Assembly (NCBI GenBank): GCA_013239625.1
Contig: MU054301.1
Coordinates: 26,974 to 90,973 of the forward strand
Length of the DNA stretch: 64,000 nt
From: Lama guanicoe
Lineage: Eukaryota
Direction of reading: 5' to 3'
The translations under genes and the position numbers were made by a program. Positions 26,701-39,192 of this stretch are shown piece by piece (positions within the stretch are counted from its first letter, which is position 1; each line of letters starts with the position of its first letter). The notes beneath the pieces were generated by a model. That model saw only the letters and a list, made by a program, of their open reading frames with translations, ran no database searches and had not been told where the DNA came from.

Positions 26701-29515
26701 GAGCTCAGCCAACCCGCAGCCAAGTGCATTGTTCCGAACCACCGCACTGGGGGTTTTTGTTCTGCAGCACAACTTGCTAAGAGCTCACTGATGCACAATT
26801 GATGTCACAGCCAACCTCAGGTCTTCTGGTCCAAGACTTGACCTGTCCTCCCTGCTGCCAGCCCCTCCATTTCTTGTAACACCATCAACCACTCATCTGC
26901 CGTTAACCAGGAATTGAGCACGTTCACTGGTCTGCACACAGGCTGGGCTGCACTTGGCACGGATGTTGAGACTGCTGCTCCTCTGGGAGACTGGGCCGGA
27001 GGAGGCCCCAGTCACTGAGCCGCAGAATGGGACCAGGGGTGAAGCCCACATACACTACAGGCCAGGCTGTGCCTTCTCATCACACGTGGCCACATGCCGT
27101 CTCTGTGCCCGAGACAAGAGGTGACACCTCCTTCAGCTGCGTCCCAGACCCTCCCCTCCCCAAAGGGAATCAAGACAAGACTGCAAGTTTATAAAAGTTT
27201 TTTCACTTTTTTCAATGTATGGATTTTTAAAAATTTTTATTTTTTATTGAAATATAGTTGATTTACAATGTTGTGACTTCAATTTATTTTTGCTTCAAGC
27301 ATTCCACCATGTGGGGAGGGGTGTTAGGAGAAGAGGAAGTCACACCTCAGTTCACAGGAAACAGCTTCCCCTTCCGAAGGATGGCTCATCGGGCCACTGA
27401 CTTCAGCCTTCTCTGAAGGTTCCTCAGCGCCGCTCGGTGTCCATCGGGGCTGGGCTGCTGCCACGTCAGGGCTCTGACTTCCTCACCGGGACCCGGATGG
27501 GCTCGTGAATACTTCCCCCTCCCTCCACCCCTGTATCTCCACGGAAGGGCACCCACCGAAGCCCTGGGCAGTGTGAGCTGGTTCCAGGAGAGGTTGCGGG
27601 GAAGAGGCCAGCGCGGTGTCCAGGACACGGCACCTGCTGGAGAGAGAACCAAGCACCAGCTCCGTCTGCAGGGGGATTACTTCCGGCTCAGAAGGGCTGT
27701 GGGATGGACAAGTGTGAAAGTGACTGTCTCGTGCTTGGGAGGCCATGCTCTGAACACGGGCACGTTTGGGGCAGGCACCCCCTCCATGGTGCCAGCACAG
27801 ACTCGCCCTCTGTGTGTCTGCAGGGTCTGGATGTGGCCGCGGGCAGTCAGGACACTGAAGTGTGGATGGCTGGCACCTGCCTGGGATGGGACCTCAGCAT
27901 CATCTGTGTGGGGAAGACACCTGGTCACCACGTCCCTCCCCATCAGATACCAGTGTTGAAACTGTGCGGCTGACACACTCAGCTGGCTGCAGGGCAATCC
28001 AGATGGCAGAGGCCGAGGGACGGCTTTGCCAAGACTCCCAGAGGAGACCTCTGCTCCTGCTTATGGGACAGCTACCTGGCACACCCCTGGGTGCCCTGTC
28101 CGCTCCGTAGAGCGAAGAGACAGGACCTTCAGGCGGGCTGTGATTTACCATGTGGCCGGTAACCGGACAGGCATCCTCTAACATGCATGAATCTGCGTAT
28201 ACGTATCTGTGCAGGAGGCTGTTACACGTACAACTTAGTTTTTTGTGTTTCACTATGGTAGGTTGATGGATGTCACAATTTAAAAGACAACAGCAAGGAG
28301 CTGGACTTGGTTCCAAGATAATTTAAAGAGAGAGATGTAGTAAAAAAAAATTTAGAAAAAAAGAGAAAAATGCAGCCAAGTCTTTTCTAATGTTTTATAA
28401 ACCCTGACTCCCTTTCGGAAACCTGAGATGACCTACGCCCTCCTGCAGACCCTAAGTGTGATTTGGGAAGAGATGCTGAAGAGCCTGCCTTAATGATGAG
28501 ATGCCAAGTGCTCTTTATGCACAGACCTTGTCACAGTCCCTCTAGGCTGGTCGCCTCTGGCTTAGCCTTTGCTGGGATATTGGGGGTAAGCCGGTGGCAT
28601 CAAACTGCCAGGACAGTGGGTGCCTTTTCGGCTTCTTTCTGTAAACTCGCCTGTACCCGGCATGTCTCACGGGGGCAAGGGGCCGTGGATCCTACATCCT
28701 TATCTTCCAGGCTGCCGGTGCGGGGGAGCAGCTGCTGGAGATGGGCTCCCTCTGAAACACACGCGCTCCCTGTGGACGGTCCCTCCCTCCCCCAGGGACT
28801 GGTCAGCACTGTGACCTGGCCGCGCAGTCCAGGGCAGAGACACATTCTGATGCAGCGTGTTAGAGGTGCCCTCACCTGGACATCGAAGCTGTTGTCCACA
28901 TCCCACCTGACTTAGAAATTCCAGTTTACCCCTTTCACAGGTCGGTGAAATTTCTCCTTTCTTTCACAGTGGCCCCAGATCTGGGGGGCAGGGCTGCGCA
29001 GATCAAATGTGGATGTTTGTTTCCTATGCAATCGAGAAACCCTGTGCAAACATCCTCAGCGTGGACTGCTTCTAAGTCTTGTTTGAGAACTCGGCTTGCC
29101 TCCGCGCCCCCTGCTCCTGGGCAGAATGAACCCTGGGGGCACGCCAGGACCCCGGTGGGCGCAGGCGCAGCGGCAGATCCGGGGGCACGGTCAGGGAGGG
29201 CAGCAGCCTCCCGGCGCCTGCTCACTCCCATGCACATGGGAGAGTAAGGGAACCCTGAGTATTTCTGCCGCGGACAGACACGCTCACACACTGAAGCTCC
29301 TCATCCCCACCTGACTGTCAAGTTCTCTTGAATGGTGTCTGTTCTTAATCCTACAACATATGCGGATGCAGGGCATGGGGAAGAGAGCAATGCAAGCTTT
29401 GCTGAGTGAAAATCAAGAGGGTTTCCCGTAACCTCATCTGGTGATTTGGTGATAAAACTTCTTTTGAAGTCAGCACATGGCTCCCCCTCCACGACTGGAC
29501 CTAAGGCTCCGAGCC

Positions 29516-29597
29516 GTCACCCAGCACTTCACACAGGTGGCAGCGTCCCTGGGACCAGTCACCCAGCACTTCACACAGGTGGCAGTGTCCTTGGGAC
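29516..29597. repeat. 42-bp tandem duplication
   Basis: GTCACCCAGCACTTCACACAGGTGGCAG(C/T)GTCC(C/T)TGGGAC occurs twice, adjacent. Confidence 0.9.
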
Positions 29598-30701
29598 TGG
29601 TGGAGGGCTGGGTGGCTTGATGGTGCGGGCCACCCGCTTATTCCAGAGTTTCTTCCACCACATTTCTTTAAAAGCTCACTTAAAAGAGGAATAGAACTGG
29701 GAAGCCTTCAAAATTCAATTAAAGCTTTCAGTGCTAAACTGTATTTGGACATTTGAAGTGGACGCTCTCCCTCCCTTCAAGAGGCTGCAAAATTTGTTTG
29801 TTTGTTTTGAGTTTTGGACATGAGGCAGAAAGGATCTCTCCCCGCTTCAGCATTTATAACTTTTAGATACTTTTTTTTAGTCAAACTCGGGGGACTCTTC
29901 ACCAAATCAAGTGTCTGCCTTTTGAAGAAGTTAGTTTAAGCTAAATACACCATTTGATCATTGGAAATTGAAAGCAATTTCAATCTCGAGAGGATGGAGG
30001 CAGTGGTTTGGAAAGAAGAATCACTATATTGTAAACATTTTCCTATAAAACATTAGGAAGGAAATAAGAACATTTAGACCTAATGTTGGTTTTTAAGCAG
30101 CTTCCACATTCTCTTTTTTCCTTACTACTCTTTCTTTTTCCATTCATGGTTAACCAGTTAGTATCGATAGAACAGATATGAACTTATGTTTTAAGTACGT
30201 ATCAATAGTACTCATCTAAGGTACTAATAGGATTTGCCAAGGAAACATACAGCCCTGTGTTGAATGTTAAGAGAGAGAAATTGACTGCAGGACAGAAGTG
30301 TCCTCCCTTTGCACCGGGACAGAATGCAAAGAGGCTGTGGTGAAGAGACACCTATTTCCATCCAGGGGCTGCGTCGTCTCAGGACGACCGTGACGGATGC
30401 TCCAGATGGGAGGAAACTGCGGCTCCAGGAGGCTTGAGAAATGTGCCTCTACAGACCTCGTTCTGGGCGAATTTGTTTATGCCAGATTGCGGCACAAAAC
30501 GGCAAAGTGGACCAGGGTGGGGTAAAGACAGACGTGGCAGAGGAGAGAACGAGGAAGAGCGCCTTCTAGTCACTGCAGTGTGCTGTCCCCTAATCTCTGG
30601 TCATCACAGCTCCAATGGTATGAATCATTACTTATTGATCGGCCTAAGTGCCCTTCTTGTCCTGTGATAGTGGAGCGTGATGCTATCTGATTTCCCACCT
30701 C

Positions 30702-30733
30702 ATCGCTTCTCGGCCTCTGGCTAAGATCAAGTG
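30702..30733 (+). pseudogene. RNU2: 3'-truncated U2 snRNA retrocopy
   Basis: ATCGCTTCTCGGCCTCTGGCTAAGATCAAGTG matches the U2 5' end with one substitution and one deletion. Flanked by TTTCCCACCTC direct repeats (30691-30701, 30735-30745). Confidence 0.9.
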
Positions 30734-32019
30734 CTTTCCCACCTCATCTCTGCGTGACGACCATGCAAAAAGCTATCTTTGTTTTCGAGATTAGATGGAA
30801 CACCACAGAAGGCTTTGTGTATATGAGCAGAAATATTACACCATCGATGTCTCGGTTTCCCGTATAAACAGAGCACGTCGCGTTTACACAGATCATGAAA
30901 CCATTAGTGCTGACGGCTTCTGAAAGGAACACATGCTCTGACTTATGCTTGGCGCATGTATGCCATTTGGAAATGAAGTATCCTTCATTGATGTGCCACG
31001 AGTTTCAACGTTTTTAAGCAGAGGGGACACTGTAATTTGAGTATGATATTCCAATTGGTTAATTGGGTTTTCTTGAATGGATGCACAAGAGGGCTTTTTT
31101 TTAAACTGAAGTATAGTCAGTGTACAATGCTGTGTCAGTCTCTGGTGTAGAGCATGATTTTTCATTGTACATACATATATTCCACAAGAATTTTTGATGC
31201 AAACAGGTCATCCGCATGCTATGTAAGAATAAAAATGCTTGAAACACACTATGAAGCACCAGCCCCGTCATAGGAGGAAGCTTATAGTAAGATGACCACT
31301 TGCTCTCAACAAGTGGGTTCAACATTTAATGGCGTATACTTGTAGGCAAAAACAAAGTGAATACAGAAGCACACACACAGAGCCCAGACACACTTACAAG
31401 GCGTATCCATGTGCATTAGTATGTAAGATGTGATGTCGGAGGCTGGCCTGCAGACGCTGAGGTCCCAGCTGATGAGGGGAAGGGCGCTGGGAAGTCTTGC
31501 TCCAGTTTGCTCTCGCTGGTTCCAAACGATGTCATTTTCATCCAGTCAACTCTTTACTTCACATGGAATTTACATGAAAGCTCATTAATCACTGGCATAT
31601 TGACCTCTTCCCAGTATCTTTCCTTTCTGTCTTCTCTGCCCCATAAGAACATGGCGAAACTGGTTTGGCAGAAAGGAGAGATGGACATTTCAGCGAGTAA
31701 CGGGAAGAGATCAGGGAGCTGGAAGACGTGGCTTTAATCATTCACGGAATTGGGGACGATACAAGCGATTGGCTAAGATGAGCAGGAGGCTGCTCCTTGT
31801 AGTCGACTGTGGCCAAGAAGTCACTTAATTGGCAAGACAATCGGGAAAGGAGATGGCGGGTCTCAAGACAATGATTCTTGCTGTTCCTCCTGAAGATGCT
31901 GACAAGGAAACATCCCAGGTACAGAGCAGGTAGGATGCCCACTTTCTTTACGGCTGGAAGACAGAACTGTGGTGGAAACGAGGGCCTCTCAGCTGAGAGT
32001 GGACGCTGGTTGCCAAGAT

Positions 32020-32125
32020 CTTCTTCTGGTTCAGAAGGTCTGGGGTGGGACCTGAGACTCTGCTCGTCTAACTGACCCCCAAGGTGGACGGATGCTCGTG
32101 ACCCCAGGACAACAATTTGAGTAGA
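32020..32125. mobile_element. MER5A-like hAT relic
   Basis: TCTGGTTCAGAAGGTCTGGGGTGGGACCTGAGACTCTGC...TTTGAGTAG resembles the MER5A core. Confidence 0.6.
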
Positions 32126-32786
32126 AAGGCCAATCTGGAAAATGGAGAAAATGCAGGTCTTAAATATTAATGTTTATGGACACATATAGACAAAACCACA
32201 TTCTAGATAAAGATGATGAATGACAACGCGTCACTGAAGTCACTGCAGAAGTTTAGGGTCACCCACTACAGTTATGTACATTTAAAGATCCAAATATTTA
32301 ACTAGCACCATTTTCTTTAGTTTTATCTCCCTTTGCCTCAAGGGCAAATCTTAACTAAGAACAAAGTGAATTACTAACGGGGAGGTCACCCTCAGCCTGT
32401 CATTTCTAATACATAGTAAAATGAGAATTTCTCTGTGTTATGAGTGCCTTATGAGAGTATTTCATGAGGTAGACGCTACGTTTTCAAGTGTACCTGTTTA
32501 TGGAGTTCGAGGCATATTTCTTGGTGTCAAAGATGACTCTCTGCAGAATATTTGGTCACAAAATTAGGAAAGAAACCAAGCTTAGACATCGTGGTAATTA
32601 AAAACCAGTAGCTATGCTTCGGGGAGAATTGTTGACACACAAATTACCCGATGTGATCTGTAAACGATCAGAAGTGGTGCTGACTTTCGTTGTGCAGGCT
32701 CAGGACATCTGGAGGAGTGATCTAGAATGCCTCTTCTTTCTCAAACAGTGAAGAACCGTATTTCTCATTCTCTCTCACTTGACGTA

Positions 32787-33119
32787 CAGTTGGCCCAGGA
32801 GTAAGGCAGGGATTGGGGCACTGACCCCCACGCAACTGCAAATTCATGTTTACTTTTGACTCCCCAGAAACGTGACCACTAATGGTCCACTGTTGACCAG
32901 AGCCTCACTGATAACATAAACAGTCTGTTAACACATCTTTTGTATACGTGTTATACACTGTATCCTCCCCGTCAAGTAAGCTAGAGAAAAGCAAATGGTA
33001 TTAAGCAAACCAGAAGGAAGAGAAAATACATTTACAGCACGTATGTGAATCTACGAAGAAGAACCCATGTCTAAGTGGAACCCACGCAGTTCAGACCCGT
33101 GTGGTTCAAGGGTCAACTG
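32787..33119. mobile_element. Non-autonomous Tigger2-family DNA transposon
   Basis: TA|CAGTTGGCCC...GGGTCAACTG|TA terminal inverted repeats with TA duplication. Confidence 0.8.
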
Positions 33120-34519
33120 TAAGTATTCACGGAAGAAACTTGGCACTGAAGCATCCGCCCGGGGCACTCGGAGGATGTGCTGCTCGGATGGGAACTGAGC
33201 ACAGTCACATGAAATAGATCTTCTCTTGACCCCTCTCCCGTCGTCTTCTCCCACACTGACTTCTGAGAGTCTCTGGTGTCCAGGGGTCCTTGTGGCCCAC
33301 TGTGGGTGACCGCAGCGTGGCCCTGAGATGCTCCTGTGGAAAACCGCACCATGCGTCCCAACACCCCGTGGCTGAGACCTGCGTGCCCATCACACCATCA
33401 GAGCCCGCGCGAGGGAGGGACATGGGTTTTGACAGACGCCGGTGCGTGAGCTGTGCAGGCAGCTCGGTAGGAACACAGCCACGTAGAAAGGGCTCCGTGC
33501 CTCATGACATTGGCACAGATCATCTAGACTTGTCTCGGGGAAGGCAGCGAGGAGGGACGTGAGTGGGCAAACCAGGGTCGCGGCCCTGCGGGTGTCACTG
33601 GAGCCCAGTCAGGACAGATGAGCTTCTCCAGATGTGGCTCCGCCTTGCTGGGCCCAATTTCGCTGAACAGCGGAGCTCTGGTGAGAAAGTTAGTGGAGTA
33701 ATGAGGCAGCTGGATGGAGAAACAGATGGAGCACCTCACAAACCAACTGGGACTTAGGATCCCACTGGCCTGGTCGGAGGCTGGTCCTGAAATACAAGAA
33801 CAGAATCACTTGCTGGCCAAACACAGCACGTGGTGCCCAAGGAGAGAGGACCAGGATGGCACCCCTGGGCCAGGGGCTCCCGTCTCCATGTCTCCACAAG
33901 CCTCCCCTCAAGACTCCTACTGTTTTAACCAATAACAACCTTATTCTCATCTCTGCCTCCCCTCTCTGCTCTGATTCTCTCTTCTTTGCAATCAGACAAC
34001 CTCTTATAATGACACAGTGCTAATGGTCTGGGGACCCCAGTTGCACTGAGGTTGAGGATGAGTCCAAGGTGATCAACACCAGGGGCCACCTGGCAAAGCA
34101 CAGGGGTGGTGAAGCCAGGCTTGGAACCTTGAGCCTTGGGTGGAGGGTTCGCACTTCTTTCATTAGAAAGCTGTTGGATCTCCATTCCGTATGCACAGAT
34201 CTCTGGGAAGTTAACTGCACTATCAGCAGTCATTCAGGACTTCTCATGAGCAAAATTACTTTTGGCTTTTCCCAGAAACTCCCTCAGAGCTCGTCTGTGG
34301 GGCGTGCAGACCTCAAGGCTACAGTGCAACCTGCGACGGCTCCCGGCCTGGGCATCCTGTCCCCAGGGTCCCCAGGCAGATGCACAGCAGCCCTGGGCCT
34401 GGCTGTCAGTTGTGGAAGTCGCTCTAACCTGGTGATGCGGGTCCCAGGGTGGGGGGCAGAGGCCTGGGGATTGCAGCCAAAGGCTGTGGGCAGTTTTCAT
34501 CCTCTGCCTCGTTTTAGTT

Positions 34520-34845
34520 TTAAAATTTTTTTTTCAGTTTTATTGAGATAAAACTGCCATATAACGTTGTATAAGTTTAAGGGGCACAACATGGTGACTT
34601 GATACAAATGTGTACTGCGAAATGGTCACCACAAGGTGGTGTAGTGGACATCTGGCCATTCACATCGTTATGTATTTGTTTTTCTTGTGATGAAAATGTT
34701 TAGGATCGGCTCTGAGCAGATTTCAGAAACACGGTAGCACGTTGTTAACTGTGGTCACCGAGCCGCGAGTATGTCCCCGGAGCTGACTCACCTCATAACT
34801 GGGCGTTCGTACCCTCTGACCACCATCAGCCACGTCCTCGCCTTT
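34520..34845 (-). mobile_element. L1 3' end fragment
   Basis: T-rich tail followed by TTTTATTGAGATA...GTATAAGTTTAAGG, a typical older L1 3' UTR. Confidence 0.65.
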
Positions 34846-36214
34846 GAAGCCGTGTAATCGCACCCCAAGTGGGTGTTTGGGTCCCCATGTCATGAATGGA
34901 AAATGGGGTCTTGGCTGGAATTGGTGTTGGCCTTGGAGTACTACAAGCAGTGACCCTAAAAACACAGGGCAAAGCAGGCCTGTCCCACCCTCTGTGCTGG
35001 GGGACCACAGTGGGGATGGGGGACCGTGACAAAGACTAAAATCTGAGGAGGGGCATATACCACTGAGGTCATTGTCCTTAGTGTGTCCTTCCCACACAGG
35101 ACACGCCACACACCCCTGTGTGCACACACATGTAAGTACACACGCCACACATGACCACAGTAGCAGAGAACGGCCCTCAACAGAAAAATCAATCAGAACC
35201 TGTTTCATCACAAAGAAATCCTCGTGAATGACTGGCCATGAAAACAATAAAACAGAAGTGTTGAAGATGCTGGTTCTTTAAAAGGTGGACCTTTGCCGAC
35301 TGCATCCAGCCTGGTAAAAACGCAGACGGGGAGCCTCGCTAACTCCCCGCTACTCCCTGCTTCCTCGCTGGTCTGCAGAGTCTGCTCCAAGAGCGGCAAG
35401 ACAGAGTGGGGGGAAGTAGGGACCCCAGAATCAGAAGTCACAGCATAAAACAGGGGTCCAATCTACTGTTTATGAGGGTGAAAAGTGAACAGTATCTTTT
35501 GTAAGATGTTCATGTGTTTTAGAGATCCAGTTGAAGGGATACAGAGGAAGCACTTGAAATGCCTTTTGGATTAGGGTTTCAGTCCTCGAAGCAACACCCT
35601 GAAATTTCATTTTTAACACCCTGGAGCGACCACCATTAGAAATTCATTGCCTTCAGTTAAGGGATGGCTCCTATTACGATGCAAAACTCCTAAGAAGGCT
35701 CCCGCATTAAGTACTTATCAGTAACCAACACCTCCTCAAGAATTGGTTTGTCCGATCTTCTTTGTTGAAGACCAGAGTCCCTGTTAACCCAGGGGCAGAA
35801 ACTTCCAGAGGGCAGTGCTGGCGGGGCCCCTTTCAATGCAGGGCACCGCCTGGGTGGGAATAGGCATTTCGGAATGAACGCCTTGTCCTGGAATCTGCCT
35901 GCCTCCGCGGGCCTTTGGATGTCCTGTCCTGGGGCCGAGCGACCTGCGGGAGGGCTGGGCCATCCCACTCTTGGCCCCGAATTGGGCTCCTGTGACTTTC
36001 TGGAGGCCGGCATCCCAGCCAGAGGTGTGCCTGTTTACTGGACCGTGATTCTGCACAGACTGCGAGGGATACTTGCTCGTGGGCCGTGAAGTGTTGTTTT
36101 CATGGTTTTAATCAGCGTATAGGATGGGGATCGGACTGAGCGCAGCAGATGGAGTGCCGTTCAGGCGTGCAAGCAGCTTCCCTGGGAGATGAGACCCTGC
36201 CCTTGGCCCCACCT

Positions 36215-37135
36215 GACCCCTCACTCAAGTGGTCACCTGCAAGGATCCTTGTGGTTTTGAGCTTGCCTCCTTCCAAAAGCCACTTTTTCCTATTAACAAT
36301 TGTAGATAGGAGTGAGAAGAGTGTGTCATCACTCAAGAATAGCCGGTGACATTGACAGGAAGGATATGACAACAAGTTAGTAGCTTTGGTGAAAATTAGT
36401 AAGTATTAAGCTATTCAACATTAAGATTTGTAAGATTCTTAGGAAATGTAATAAATGCGTAACATAAAATTTTTTAGCAGAAAAGATACATCTAAGAACG
36501 AATTGTGCGTGTGTGCATACACTCATCTGAGCGCCCGTGTGCGTGTGAGCTTAGGTGGGCAGTGAACACTCCTGGCGCAGCAGTGCTTTATCAGAGCGCT
36601 TTTAGTTTGTTTTAAACCTAAAACATGATTTTAAAAAAATCACTTTAGAGGGACAGTCTACCTTCCTTTTTTCCCAGACCCCTCACTCAAGTGGTCACCT
36701 GCAAGGATCCTTTGTGGTTTTGAGCTTGCCTCCTTCCAAAAGCCACTTTTTCCTATTAACAATTGTAGTTAGGAGTGAGAAGAGTGTGTCATCACTCAAG
36801 AATAGCCGGTGACATTGACAGGAAGGATATGACAAGTTAGTAGCTTTGGTGAAAATTAGTAAGTATTAAGCTATTCAACATTAAGATTTGTAAGATTCTT
36901 AGGAAATGTAATAAATGCGTAACATAAAATTTTTTAGCAGAAAAGATACATCTAAGAACGAATTGTGCGTGTGTGCATACACTCATCTGAGCGCCCGTGT
37001 GCGTGTGAGCTTAGGTGGGCAGTGAACACTCCTGGCGCAGCAGTGCTTTATCAGAGCGCTTTTAGTTTGTTTTAAACCTAAAACATGATTTTAAAAAAAT
37101 CACTTTAGAGGGACAGTCTACCTTCCTTTTTTCCC
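36215..37135. repeat. About 460-bp near-perfect tandem duplication
   Basis: 36215-36675 and 36677-37135 differ at three sites (1-bp indel, A/T substitution, 3-bp indel). Confidence 0.95.
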
Positions 37136-39072
37136 TAAAAAAATTATAGTAGTCAAAATAAAGGGAGTAAAAGAAGACTTGCTGTGTTTTTGGGAAAGCC
37201 TTGTGTGTCTATCCTAAATTTGTGAGATTCTGATCTTGCAGGTTTTGAACTCAATTCAGTCATGGAGAAAGGACCAGTTCCAGGCCTGAGTGATGACAGA
37301 ACAGAAGGGAACCTAACAGCACTAGTATTTCTTTACATCTGTTAAATAAAGGGTTTACTCTATGGGAGTATCCAAGATTTTATTTTCATAAAATCGTTTA
37401 ACCTTAAATGTGTGTTCACAACAAGAAAGAGCATGGTGGGAGTAAAGAATTCAATTGGATTTGATCACTTTAGGGCATGAGTAATTGACAGTATTAACTT
37501 TAAACACAGAAGATAAAAGAGGAGGGGTGGGACCTTGAGCACATTTCCTTCTTTGAAACTCAGTTTTCTCATCTATAAAATGGAGATAATACTGCCCACC
37601 AGGGAGGTTTATCTCACAAATAAGATGACGCATTCCTTTATTCAGCTAAGATTTACAGAGCACCTACTGTGTGTCAGGCAATCTCAGAAATGCCACCTTT
37701 TCAATGGTGGAAAAACCTGACAAGGCCCCTTCCAATGAGGAGATTCCTCTCTAGTGGAGACACAGACCACTGGCAGGCAAAGCAAGGACCCGCAGAGGAC
37801 GCCAGGCAGGACCAAACGCTCTGAGAGATGGAGGCTGGCAGAGGGCTCTGAGTCCAACATCCCGGGTCCCAGATGCCGAGCATCAGTTACCCAGCAGGCG
37901 TGGCCATGCCCATGCCCATGGAGGGTGAGCCATGTTCACCCGTGACCCCTGTGTCATGGAAGACTCAATGGTAATGGTAAAGGGAAACCGATTTCCCAAT
38001 CCCCATCGTTCATCTCGTGTGAAAGTAAGTTACATGAGCAGTGTGACTTCAGTGGAACAAAATCACTCCTTTGAGTGAAATAATTAAGAGTTCTGCCATC
38101 TGGGCGCCCTGTTCCTCGAAGGAGTAATCTTTGCAGGGACCCCCTGGCGTGAGCACTCAGCCCCACTTACAGTCCGCCCGCCCCACCCTCGCCCAGTCCT
38201 GGGGCCTGGCTTTCCACCCGCCTGGAGACCGCGCGGCCGCTGGCACTGCCATCCACCTGGCCTTCCTTGGCCAGCGCCTTAATCAGACAATTCCTTGCTG
38301 CTGCTGGAGCCGTCTGTGGGCCCAGTCTACAGGGCGGTTAAGCGATGCCGGCGATAAACATGGTTTCATACAGTTGCTGCTCTCGGGTTCACTGAACAGG
38401 GACACGCTTTATTTTTGAGGACGGAAAATGGCGTTAAACTGGTTTATTTATATGGGGTTGCGGCCAGCATAGAGGACACTCCTTAGACCAGCTCCACTTT
38501 AGAGACGGCGAACAGAATGAGGCAATCGATAGTCTACATGGGGGATCGACGTTCTGCAAAACGATGTCAAAATTTTCAGATGAATTTTTCAAATTTCAGA
38601 CACTTATTTTAAGAGAAAGGAGGAAAAAAAATCCCATGCTGTTGCAAATTAGAACGCTGCTTTGTCCAACTTGAACGAAACACACCTGGTGAAGACACAC
38701 AACTCTACACACAACTCCATAGACACACACACCTTGCACGTGGGGCCTTGCTGCTGGCACCGCGCACGGGGGCGGCGGGCACGCGGTGGCATCCTCCGGC
38801 GCTTGGAGACCCCCGCTTTACCCGCCTTACTCGCCCTTCCCCACGCAACAGTTGGTGGGCCGGGAGGTGCGCGCGCTCCCCAGTCGTGCCTGCCAAGCGG
38901 CCAGGGTGAACGCGCCCGCGGGGGTAACGGGCGCGAGGCCTGGCGCTCCCGCAGGCGCGAGCCCCGCCCCTCTGCAGCTGTCTCCCGCGGCCTCCCCCAC
39001 TGCGCTCCGTGGGCGGTGCCTCTCCGGGCGCCCAGTGCGCAGGCGCGGTGCGAAAAGCCCCAGTGCGTCAGA

Positions 39073-39099
39073 GCGGCGGCGGCGGCGGCGGCGGCGGCG
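39073..39099 (+). repeat. (GCG)9 repeat in the 5' UTR
   Basis: Nine uninterrupted GCG units immediately before the ATG at 39100. Confidence 0.95.
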
Positions 39100-39174
39100 A
39101 TGATCCCTGGGCTGGCTGACTGAGGTGCGGTCGGGCCATGTCCCCAGGCAGCTGCTGAACTGGAGCGCCCGAGG

Positions 39175-39192
39175 ATGTCTGCGCTGAGGAAG
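39175..39192 (+). CDS. DLGAP2: Coding part of DLGAP2 (SAPAP2) exon 1, authentic or duplicated copy
   Basis: aggATG TCT GCG CTG AGG AAG|gtgcgg gives MSALRK plus a phase-0 donor inside a CpG island. I recall the long DLGAP2 isoform starting MSALRK|VLPGILQKHCC with an 18-nt first coding exon. The match is only 6 codons and exon 2 was not found. Confidence 0.72.

Noticed and set aside
23200..29300. Many 100-230 aa ORFs in the GC-rich region downstream of OCA2
   Set aside because: No recognisable homology or consistent exon structure; overlapping frames on both strands suggest chance.
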